Position numbers and translations under genes: made by a program. From an uncultured Clostridia bacterium (GTDB lineage: Bacteria > Bacillota > Clostridia > Christensenellales > Borkfalkiaceae), in NCBI GenBank assembly GCA_947087265.1, contig CAMUBY010000007.1, positions 2,758-66,757 on the forward strand: a stretch of 64,000 bases of DNA, read 5' to 3'. This document shows positions 47,389-55,159 of the stretch, piece after piece. Each line of letters opens with the position of its first letter. Position 1 is the stretch's first letter. The notes beneath the pieces were generated by a model. That model searched no databases, was not told the DNA's origin, and saw only the letters and a program-made list of their open reading frames with translations.

Positions 47389-47928
47389 TTATCTGATTTC
47401 CACTTCAATTTCGGTAATAATCTTTTGCTTTGACTTTTTGTACGGAGTAAGTCCGCAAACGGAAAGCAACTTTTCCCAGCGGGAAATTCCGTTCCGCCGC
47501 ATGATTGTCTGAATACAACAAATAAGTTTTCTATTCCTTCTTGCATTAAAGTCGGTTTTAGAAAACGGCTTCAAACGGTTATATTCCGCAATAAATTCTT
47601 CTAACGAAGCCCCTTTCGCGCATTTATGTATGCTTGTTCCTTGTGCATATTCCGTCGGATAAAACTGCTTCATCCAAGCGGTATAAGTCGTTTGGAAACG
47701 GTAGTCGAATATTTCAATATACGGAAGCCCGTTTTTCCCGAATTCCTTTGAGCTTGGCAGCCGACCGTTCTTTACAAGAAACTCGTCGATTGCCTTGTTA
47801 ATTCGTTCTTCCGTCCATTTGCACCGCGGATGAACACGGATATCAGAATTTTGTTTTTTTGCCGATTTGGGTTCGTTTTCTGCATCTGATTGCCCGATTT
47901 TCGCCGATAATGCCTGTTTTCTAGCCAT
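47389..47928 (-). CDS. 179-aa basic protein with two helical repeats, the first gene inside the element (candidate DNA-binding/recombination directionality factor)
   Basis: An AAGGAG RBS lies 7 nt before the ATG at 47928, which is only 21 nt inside the element terminal repeat. Two related segments are WTEERINKAIDEFLVKNGRLPSSKEF and SLEEFIAEYNRLKPFSKTDF...ISRWEKLLSVCGL. There is no room for its own promoter. Confidence 0.6.
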   Translation of the reverse strand: MARKQALSAKIGQSDAENEPKSAKKQNSDIRVHPRCKWTEERINKAIDEFLVKNGRLPSSKEFGKNGLPYIEIFDYRFQTTYTAWMKQFYPTEYAQGTSIHKCAKGASLEEFIAEYNRLKPFSKTDFNARRNRKLICCIQTIMRRNGISRWEKLLSVCGLTPYKKSKQKIITEIEVEIR

Positions 47929-47948
47929 AAACCGCTCCTTTTGAAGGG

Positions 47949-47988
47949 TTTCAACATACAAGCATATTTGGCACGGCATAGGTTGAAA
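47949..47988. repeat. Recombination junction (element half-site with a 15-bp terminal inverted repeat + GG core + host half-site)
   Basis: The plus strand reads TTTCAACATACAAGC atattt GG cacggcataggttgaaa. The first 15 nt are the exact reverse complement of 38727-38741. Confidence 0.8.
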
Positions 47989-48253
47989 ACTTTACGTTGA
48001 AATCGAGGTTAAAGTTGTCGATTGCCTTGATAAGCCCCACGCAGCCCGCCTGAAATACGTCGTCCGCGTTAGAATTCTTCGCCCAGAACCGTTTGACGAG
48101 CGAGAGCACCAACCGCATATTTCCGACGATAAACGCTTCGCGCGCTTTTTCGTCGCCCTTTTTCAGCCGCCTCATCAGTTCGTCGTTTTCCTTTGCCGAG
48201 AGCTTGGGAAGCCCCGACGTATCCACTCCGCAAATGACTACTTTCTGTAACAT
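47951..48253 (-). CDS. sigG: 5' segment (residues 1-95) of the split sporulation sigma factor SigG gene, plus 5 element-encoded codons and a stop
   Basis: MLQKVVICGVDTSGLPKL (SigG-type N-terminus), NMRLVLSLVKRF (region 2.1) and DDVFQAGCVGLIKAIDNFN...KFSTYAVP (regions 2.2-2.3) are followed by NMLVC-stop. A GGAGG RBS precedes the start. Confidence 0.9.
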   Translation of the reverse strand: MLQKVVICGVDTSGLPKLSAKENDELMRRLKKGDEKAREAFIVGNMRLVLSLVKRFWAKNSNADDVFQAGCVGLIKAIDNFNLDFNVKFSTYAVPNMLVC

Positions 48254-48399
48254 ACACTCTTACCTCCTATGTACACGCCTTAGATTAAGAGTTTTTGCAA
48301 AGGACGGAAATTTATGCGGAACCACAGAGTACCATTCGGAGGCATAAAAAATTTGTATTATTTTGCCGAAACGCCTCTCTTTTGCGCGAAAAAACCAGC

Positions 48400-48447
48400 A
48401 AATAAAAACAACCGCCGCCGAAAGTTTCGGCGGCGGTTGTTTCTTTT
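48400..48447 (-). terminator. Strong terminator between the lipoprotein/vWA operon and sigG
   Basis: Stem caaccgccgccg (48408-48419) pairs with cggcggcggttg (48427-48438). T-runs are present on both strands. Confidence 0.85.
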
Positions 48448-48453
48448 ATCCGA

Positions 48454-50772
48454 TTAAGATTTTTTCAGTTCGTAAAGTTTGGAATATCTGTCGGTTAACA
48501 TCAGTTTTTTGTCTACGGTTGCGGAGAAAGTTACGCCGAGTTCGTCGCCCGAAATTTTCTCGTCAAGAACAATCTTTCCCGAGGCAACGCTGTATGCGTA
48601 AACGGTTTCTGCGGGTTCCCCGTCCTTTACGGTATACACGATTGCAACCCTACCGCTCGTTGCGCCTTCGGATTCAGGCGTAAACGTCACCGAATACTGA
48701 TTCTGCGCGTTATCCTTCACGGAATAAGTGCCGCTCAATAATCCCGCGAAATCAATCTCTTTTACGGTAAAGGTAATCGTCGTTGAAACGGTAGGCTTTA
48801 CCGTAGAAGTCATTTTTACGCTGTATGTGCCTGCCGCCGATGCCGTGAACTTCCAATATTTCAATGTGGGGTCCGCCGCAATTTCGTCCGCCGCGGCGTC
48901 CGCGTCGGGCGGTGTGAGCGTGACGTTTGCCGTAACGCCCGAACTCAACTCGGCCGTATAAGCGCCGTTTGCGTACTGGTTGGGTTCACAGCTGAAATAC
49001 ACGGTTTCGCCGACGCCAATCGTCTTTTGCGCCGCAGTCGTTTCAAACTTGGTGAGCGGATTATACACGCGGGGCGTAAGCGAGGTAGGGTCTGAACCCG
49101 TGACGTCGAAATAAATTGTCTTCGTGGTCTTCGCCGTTGTAAAGACAAGTTTCATCGACCCGCCGCGCCGCGCTTCCACCAAACGGGTATTGCCGCCCAT
49201 ACCGAATACGTATAAATCATCGCCGTAGAACCAATTATGGCTGTTTTCTTTCTTTTTCGTGCCGTCGGTAACGAACAGCGGGTCGGTAGTAAAATCCGAA
49301 CCCTCGGGCAAAATATTTTTGAACGTAAGCGTTATCTGATTGGTATGCCCGCTGCTGCCTTCGTTGCCGCGATTGAATTTGATGGTGTCGCCGTCGTTTA
49401 TCTCTTTTCCGTTATAGAAAATCTGATAACTTTGCACCTCGCCCGTCTTTTCATCTTCGGTGATGAAGGGATTTTTTTCGGTACGCTTGCCCGCAACCTG
49501 CTGACAGGTAATTCTCCATTGGAAATCAGGCGATTCCTGGGTGGGAGACGTAACGCCCTCTGAATCGGTAACGAAATGGGAATACTTATTTTCCTCGAAA
49601 TCGCTTGAGAACCATGCTTTCTGCAATACGGTAGCCGATTCTATGAAGTAGGAATTACCGAGCTTAAATTCTACGTCCACCGTGAAGTAATAGTGTCTGT
49701 TCGCGCCGCCCGGATACAGATAACCGAACGAGAAGAAGAACTGCTGTTGAGAAAGTTCCGCGCCCTCCCGATAATCCTTGTTGGGATTGGTTTTGCCGAT
49801 ATCGTACATATCCGTTACAAGTTTCTCGATACCGTAAGCCGCTTTGTCGGAATCGAAATACCAGGGTCTGTAAAAAACGCCCTCCATCATTTCCGTACTC
49901 TTACGCGGGGATTCGTATTGCGAACCGTCGTAAAAATAAACAACGTCGATTTTATCATCCTTCATACTCGTGTGAAATTCACTGATGTAGCCGACATCGT
50001 CCTCTTTCACATAGGTGTAATTATCTCCGAAGCGGTAAGTATAATTGATGTTCGTCCACCCTTTATTGATGTAAGACGACGCCGTAGAGGTTCCGCTCAC
50101 CACATTGCTCTTGAAGAAATTGCCGAGAGAAAGCGCGTTTTGTACGGAGCTGAGATTCACCCCCGCAACCGTAACGGTGTAGGAAGCGCTGACCGCACCC
50201 TTTGAAACGGAAACGGTATAATTGCCCTCCGCCGTAAATACGTCGTCATACGCCGAACCGTATTCGGAAACCACTTCGAATCTGAGTGAGCGGAGCGAGG
50301 TAATTTCTTCATCAAATTCCTGCTTCTGCGCATTCTCGTACGTTCCCGTAACTTTGAGCCCTTCGTAAGAAATGCTTTCTCCGATTTGATAGTTGAGTTT
50401 CGCGTTTTCGGTATTTAACTTGAGCGCTTTCAACACGTTGTTGAAGTCGTTTACCATAATATAGTAAACTTCTTTCTTGCCCTGATAACTGACCGTTACC
50501 GCATAACTCCCGAGCGCGTTCATATCGAGCGAACTTTCGGGCTTCACGGTCGCCTCCGCCGTTACGTCCACCTTTTCGCCCTTACCGTTTTGCAGATAGA
50601 CTTTGAAACTTTCACCCGTCGTGAACTCGTCGCCGATATAAAACGCCGTTTTCTGTCCTTCGATGATAAGGCGCTCGCCCGATTCGTCACCGCACGCCAC
50701 AGGCAACACGCAGCCCAAACAAATAATGAAAGTAAGAGCAAAAGTCAATAATAATTTTTTAAGATTTTTCAT
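48454..50772 (-). CDS. Large lipoprotein with repeated beta-rich (Ig-like) modules
   Basis: The signal peptide with lipobox is MKNLKKLLLTFALTFIICLGCVLPVACG. Repeated Thr/Val/Tyr-rich beta segments (YTVSVS..SYTVTVAG, GTYSVKMTST) are present. It is the last gene of the MoxR/vWA operon. Confidence 0.6.
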   Translation of the reverse strand: MKNLKKLLLTFALTFIICLGCVLPVACGDESGERLIIEGQKTAFYIGDEFTTGESFKVYLQNGKGEKVDVTAEATVKPESSLDMNALGSYAVTVSYQGKKEVYYIMVNDFNNVLKALKLNTENAKLNYQIGESISYEGLKVTGTYENAQKQEFDEEITSLRSLRFEVVSEYGSAYDDVFTAEGNYTVSVSKGAVSASYTVTVAGVNLSSVQNALSLGNFFKSNVVSGTSTASSYINKGWTNINYTYRFGDNYTYVKEDDVGYISEFHTSMKDDKIDVVYFYDGSQYESPRKSTEMMEGVFYRPWYFDSDKAAYGIEKLVTDMYDIGKTNPNKDYREGAELSQQQFFFSFGYLYPGGANRHYYFTVDVEFKLGNSYFIESATVLQKAWFSSDFEENKYSHFVTDSEGVTSPTQESPDFQWRITCQQVAGKRTEKNPFITEDEKTGEVQSYQIFYNGKEINDGDTIKFNRGNEGSSGHTNQITLTFKNILPEGSDFTTDPLFVTDGTKKKENSHNWFYGDDLYVFGMGGNTRLVEARRGGSMKLVFTTAKTTKTIYFDVTGSDPTSLTPRVYNPLTKFETTAAQKTIGVGETVYFSCEPNQYANGAYTAELSSGVTANVTLTPPDADAAADEIAADPTLKYWKFTASAAGTYSVKMTSTVKPTVSTTITFTVKEIDFAGLLSGTYSVKDNAQNQYSVTFTPESEGATSGRVAIVYTVKDGEPAETVYAYSVASGKIVLDEKISGDELGVTFSATVDKKLMLTDRYSKLYELKKS

Positions 50773-50796
50773 AATACCTCCGTCAACAAACAGACG

Positions 50797-52380
50797 TTAA
50801 TCGTAATAACCGCAAGCAAACAGCCAGAACGAATCCTGCGTTGCAAAATAACCTTGCCCTTCGGGCGTCGTATAGTCGAAAATTCCCGTATCGAACATAT
50901 TATCCGACCAGAACCAACGCGCTTCGGCATACAGTTGCAGGAAGATTTTGAGTTCTTTGGTAACGTATACCCTGCCGTCGTTGTTCGCTTTTTCGTAATA
51001 ATCGGTTCTGACAAATTCGGTGAAATCCCAATAGAGCGATTCTTCCGTGTATTTTTCAAAGATACGGTTGAGCGTCGAATTTTCATAATCTTCGTCGTAT
51101 TTTTTCTCGTCGTAGGGAACGCCGACATACGACGCGTTGAGTTTCAGCCAATTCTGCGGCGATGCGGGCGGAGGAGGAACAATGTTGTTTGCATTGTACA
51201 GCGAAGTATAATTAAAACAAGGCGTTGTTTTGGTAATATCGCAATATAATCTGGGTCCGAACCCGTCGCCGTAAGCGGCATATTTGTTGTTGGGGTCGTT
51301 CACCTTATAAAGGTCGCGGTCGTAAACGTGATAGCACTGCGTCTTGAAGTTGTATTTGAAGCGGCTTGCATCGAACGTTTTTCCTCCCGAAACCGCGTCG
51401 GCATAATGGTAAGGAAGCGTAGAATTGACCGACTTCGTACGCGGCGCGTATGCCGCTCTGATTGTCTGATAGGTCAACGTATCCTTGACTTCGCCCTCGT
51501 ATTTAATCGTAAAATCAATGGAAACGGGGTAAGTGCCGAACTTATGTTCCCCCTGCACCGTAAAGTAATAGGTGTTACCAACGTATTTGGGTTCCACGAA
51601 TACATTGTAGACAAAATTTTTGGTGTAAGTTCCTTCTTCCCCGCCGCTTGTAATCACTTCGGACGGGGTAGGACTAACCCATCCCCCTTTGTTACCGATA
51701 TAGGTCGATAAAACAGGACGCACTTCGTCAGTAAAGATATCTACCCAGGAACTGATGGAATACCAGCCCGATTCGGTGGGACTGAAGCAGTAATGCACTT
51801 CCTGCCCCGACGAGCGCATTTGCGCGCGGTATGTGCCGAGTACGCTGATTTGGTAACACTCCCCGTTGCGCCAGCCCGTGCCGCTGCCCGTGGAAGGCTT
51901 TAACGGATATTTCAGATTGATGAAAATTTTGCGTTCGCTCGGCGTCGCCACATAACCGTTCGGGTTATAGGAATACTGAACGGGTAAATTCAGAAGGTGC
52001 ACGTAATATTCAGCCTCTTCGATTTCGCCCGCGTCGGCAAATCCTTTTTCGTTGAGCGAAGCAAGAAAACGTTTCTTGTTGTTCCGCTTGTTCACCCACT
52101 CCACCTGAATGGAGCTGTCTTCAAATATGTGGAGCGCACTGTCTACCAACACGTTTACCGTATAGTGTTTTTCCGTGTCGGGGTCATTGCCGCCGATATC
52201 GGGGTTATCAGGGTCAACGGGCTGTACGGGCGTACTCGGGTCGCCGCCCGGTTTTGAACCGCCGCCGTTCGGCTTGCCGTTACTGTCCGTATAAGAACCG
52301 AACTCACAGCCCACGCAAGTAAAAACAAGTAAAAGGCAGAGAAATACGGCAAGAAATTTGGTTTTGAAAAAATTTTTCAA
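50797..52380 (-). CDS. Lipoprotein of unknown function with a Gly/Pro-rich linker
   Basis: A TTG start lies 8 nt after GGAGGG. The signal/lipobox is FLAVFLCLLLVFTCVGC, followed by the linker NGKPNGGGSKPGGDPSTPVQPVDPDNPDIGG. Confidence 0.6.
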   Translation of the reverse strand: MKNFFKTKFLAVFLCLLLVFTCVGCEFGSYTDSNGKPNGGGSKPGGDPSTPVQPVDPDNPDIGGNDPDTEKHYTVNVLVDSALHIFEDSSIQVEWVNKRNNKKRFLASLNEKGFADAGEIEEAEYYVHLLNLPVQYSYNPNGYVATPSERKIFINLKYPLKPSTGSGTGWRNGECYQISVLGTYRAQMRSSGQEVHYCFSPTESGWYSISSWVDIFTDEVRPVLSTYIGNKGGWVSPTPSEVITSGGEEGTYTKNFVYNVFVEPKYVGNTYYFTVQGEHKFGTYPVSIDFTIKYEGEVKDTLTYQTIRAAYAPRTKSVNSTLPYHYADAVSGGKTFDASRFKYNFKTQCYHVYDRDLYKVNDPNNKYAAYGDGFGPRLYCDITKTTPCFNYTSLYNANNIVPPPPASPQNWLKLNASYVGVPYDEKKYDEDYENSTLNRIFEKYTEESLYWDFTEFVRTDYYEKANNDGRVYVTKELKIFLQLYAEARWFWSDNMFDTGIFDYTTPEGQGYFATQDSFWLFACGYYD

Positions 52381-52393
52381 CTCTATTCCCTCC

Positions 52394-55159
52394 TCATACT
52401 TTCTTATCGCTGTTTACGTTTTTATTCTTGCGCTTGAAGAACGTTACGATATCTTTCCAGCGCAATTTTCTGATTGTTATATCCGCTACGACGAGCACGA
52501 CGCTGAATATCATGAGCGGAATTGTGAAATCGAAGCGGAACGAAGTGTGTTCGAGATTATCAACACTCAAATCTACGACGCCGTCCTCCGAAATCTTGCC
52601 CGTCGTCACAAGCCGATACAGATTCCCGACAGAATACGAAGCAAAACCGTTGTATTCGGGATAGTACGAAATAGAGAACGACGAACTGTCTTCATAGCGG
52701 TGCAGGTAACGGCGGTTCGTTTCACTCTCTTCTTCGCGTTCGTTAAAGTCGGGATTGCGCCCGTATTCGTAACGGATAACGACGTCGTAAGTGCCGAGCT
52801 GCGGCGTTTCAAACAACGCCCGATAATCTTCGGTTGCAAACGTAAGCGTTTTCGTCGTCTGCGTACCGTCCGGCGCAGTTAACGTTACTTGAAGCAATGA
52901 ATCGGAGTACACCGCCGCCGTCGTCACAGAAAGTTCGGCATTCATGCCCGAAATTTCCGTTTCGATGATGAGCGGCGTATCGATACTCTCTTCGGGCAAC
53001 GTTGCCAACTTGATATTGTCGAGAATTTTACTGCCAGAAGTATCCGAACCCCAATTCGCCGTCCAATCCGAAGCAATATCGGTCAGAATGGAGACAACCT
53101 TTCCTTTTTCGTAATTCCAATAGGCGTAAATCGGCATTTCTTTGGTGGTAATGCCCGAATCGCGCGAATAGGAAGCGGAAAGCACGACGTTGACGCCGAC
53201 GCCCTCTTTTTCTTTACTGCACCAGAACCCGCGCACGTCCTCAACGGAGGTAATTCCGTTGACGAGCGTTTCATTTTTACGCTTAATGTTAACGGCAAAA
53301 TTTGCGCCTTCCATTTTCAGTTCCGCAGTATCTTCTGCAATGGAACGAATGGTGTAGTCGATTTCGGACTCGCTTTTAATACTTTTATAATACCCTTTTC
53401 CGTTTGCGTTGGGGTTTTCGACAAGCCCTCTCAAGAACGCGTCGTCCTTTGTTTCGGGATATAAGCCGATTGCGGAAATAATCACGTTTCCGCCCGGCCC
53501 CGACATTTCGGCGGCAAGCTGATTACAGTTGTTCGATTCCGAACCGTGCACAATGCCGTCGGAAATCATAATGAGTTCGCGGTTGTGGCAGTCCTCTTCC
53601 TGAATGGCTTTATACGCCTTTTGCATGGCGATGCTGAGGAGCGTGCCGTTACGCACCGTAATGTTGTTGATAGCTTCGATAATCTTCTTTCTGCTCTTCA
53701 ATTTGGTCGGCTCGCAATAGGTAATGCGGTCGCCCGAAAAGCCGACAACCATCACTTTATCGTTTTCGCCGAACACGTTGAGAAGCGAAATTGCCGTTGC
53801 CTTTGCCGCGTCCAATTTACCCGCAAGCCCTTCGCTCGTAGAAATGTCGATGAGCAGGACGATAATTCTTTCGTCCTTTTCGCTCTTGCCCACGTCGACG
53901 GGAAGCATATTGCCGAACCTTGTGAGCGCCTCGTTCGGCGCTTCTTCGCTGAGCGTGTTCTGGATAAACGTATTTCCGTATGTCGTGAGCGTCTTGCCGA
54001 ATTTGGATACCGCCGATTCCAGACAGTCGAGGAAAGTAAGGCTTGCGCCCCAACTGCTCAAATCGAAATTGGAAAGCACGATTTCGTCATAAGCGCACAA
54101 ATCTTCCACCGTGAGAGGAATCTCATAAGGGTTGGTGATAAACGTCACATTCTCCGTGCCGTATATGCGCCTGCCTGCCATCAGGTCAAACTGCGTACCG
54201 CCGATGAAAAGCACGTTTACGTCCTGAGAAACTTTCTGCGTAAAATAGTACGCATTGTTTTCTTCGGTCGTATCGTACTCACCTTGCCCGTCGTCTCCGA
54301 GTTCCAGCCGCACGGTATATTCAAAATTTCCCGCTTCACCGGTATCGAGGCGCATTGTCACCACGTTCAGACCTTTATCGAAGGACGCGGCGGTGCGTTC
54401 CACCCTTTCGCCGTTACGCAGGAGTACGACCCACCCGGGCGTATGCTGCGCGTTGTTGCTGCGTACCAGCACGTTAACTTCTTCAAACTTATCGAGATAA
54501 GTGGATTCCGTCACTTCCACGCCGTCAATCTGTATTTCGTTGACGCTTTCGGGCAGATTGTCGTTGAGATACACCGCGTCGATAATCACGCCGTCGTTTC
54601 TGAGCGCGTTCACGACTTTAACGGTATCGTTTGTGGAAACCGTTTCCACGCCGTCCGTAATTACCACGATGCGTTTAATTACGCCGTCGTCGAAGCGGTT
54701 GCCCGCATAGCGCATGGCGGCGGCTATATCGGTGGCGCTCTGGTCGATGACGGGGTTATCGCCCTCGAACAGCGTTTTCACGCTCTTTCGGCTTTCGCCG
54801 AGGTCGGAAAGCAACGTATAGTTTCTGCCGAACGCAACGACTGCCATGCGAGAATTGCCCGGCATACTCTTTTCTACTTTTTCAATGTATTCGTCCACTT
54901 TATCGAGATTATGATTGGTGGAATAGGAAACGTCCGCCACAACATACACATTGGTTTCCGTAATGACTTTTTGGTACGAAACACCCGAAATTGCAAAGAC
55001 GATACTCGTACAAATAACGAGGTGCAATACACAGGAAAGAATATTGTGCCAGTTCATATTCCGCTTGCGGACCGTGATAATAAACGGAATGAGTATAAGC
55101 GCAAAAAGCGGAATTAAAAGGAATAATAACCAGGGATTATCGAAGTTGATATTGCTCAT
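52394..55159 (-). CDS. Membrane-anchored protein with two vWA (MIDAS) domains and a C-terminal TM helix
   Basis: The BatA-like N-terminal TM region is MSNINFDNPWLLFLLIPLFALILIPF. MIDAS motifs are VVADVSYS and LLIDISTS. The C-terminal hydrophobic helix is PLMIFSVVLVVADITI. The start is set at the internal Met (55159). Confidence 0.75.
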   Translation of the reverse strand: MSNINFDNPWLLFLLIPLFALILIPFIITVRKRNMNWHNILSCVLHLVICTSIVFAISGVSYQKVITETNVYVVADVSYSTNHNLDKVDEYIEKVEKSMPGNSRMAVVAFGRNYTLLSDLGESRKSVKTLFEGDNPVIDQSATDIAAAMRYAGNRFDDGVIKRIVVITDGVETVSTNDTVKVVNALRNDGVIIDAVYLNDNLPESVNEIQIDGVEVTESTYLDKFEEVNVLVRSNNAQHTPGWVVLLRNGERVERTAASFDKGLNVVTMRLDTGEAGNFEYTVRLELGDDGQGEYDTTEENNAYYFTQKVSQDVNVLFIGGTQFDLMAGRRIYGTENVTFITNPYEIPLTVEDLCAYDEIVLSNFDLSSWGASLTFLDCLESAVSKFGKTLTTYGNTFIQNTLSEEAPNEALTRFGNMLPVDVGKSEKDERIIVLLIDISTSEGLAGKLDAAKATAISLLNVFGENDKVMVVGFSGDRITYCEPTKLKSRKKIIEAINNITVRNGTLLSIAMQKAYKAIQEEDCHNRELIMISDGIVHGSESNNCNQLAAEMSGPGGNVIISAIGLYPETKDDAFLRGLVENPNANGKGYYKSIKSESEIDYTIRSIAEDTAELKMEGANFAVNIKRKNETLVNGITSVEDVRGFWCSKEKEGVGVNVVLSASYSRDSGITTKEMPIYAYWNYEKGKVVSILTDIASDWTANWGSDTSGSKILDNIKLATLPEESIDTPLIIETEISGMNAELSVTTAAVYSDSLLQVTLTAPDGTQTTKTLTFATEDYRALFETPQLGTYDVVIRYEYGRNPDFNEREEESETNRRYLHRYEDSSSFSISYYPEYNGFASYSVGNLYRLVTTGKISEDGVVDLSVDNLEHTSFRFDFTIPLMIFSVVLVVADITIRKLRWKDIVTFFKRKNKNVNSDKKV

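Larger units (their letters stand above)
38720..47970 (-). mobile_element. ~9.25-kb sigG-intervening element (serine-recombinase integrative element carrying defence/toxin/regulatory cargo)
   Basis: It is bounded by the two halves of one sigma-factor gene and has 15-bp perfect terminal inverted repeats. The junctions share only a GG dinucleotide. It contains an internal large serine recombinase, all 11 ORFs are co-oriented, and its composition is lower-GC than the flanks. Confidence 0.85.

Noticed and set aside
47929-47979. The 17-codon N-terminal extension (MPCQICLYVETLQKERF) of the first element ORF, starting at an ATG inside host sigG sequence and crossing the att site
   Set aside because: It has no RBS and is in the +1 frame of sigG, whereas a consensus AAGGAG precedes the internal ATG at 47928. 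It is most likely an artefact of longest-ORF calling. A host-element fusion protein would be interesting but is unsupported.
48254-48400. I searched for a sigma-F/sigma-G type promoter (GCATA/GHATR -35 with GGnnAnAnTA or CAHWHTA -10) upstream of the sigG 5' half
   Set aside because: GCATAA and GAATG elements are present, but I found no -10 element at the required 15 or 17-18 nt spacing. I cannot call a promoter from sequence alone.
53546-55117. A 523-aa plus-strand ORF opposite the double-vWA gene, and similar long antisense ORFs at 55725..56609, 60402..61406 and 61461..62279
   Set aside because: They have the same shadow-ORF signature. They fully overlap genes with clear domain motifs on the other strand, and they have no RBS or family resemblance.
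55137-55159. A 23-nt overlap between the two vWA genes, which could suggest a frameshifted single gene
   Set aside because: Both ORFs have their own BatA-like N-terminal membrane segment and complete domain sets. The overlap is consistent with translational coupling rather than a frameshift.
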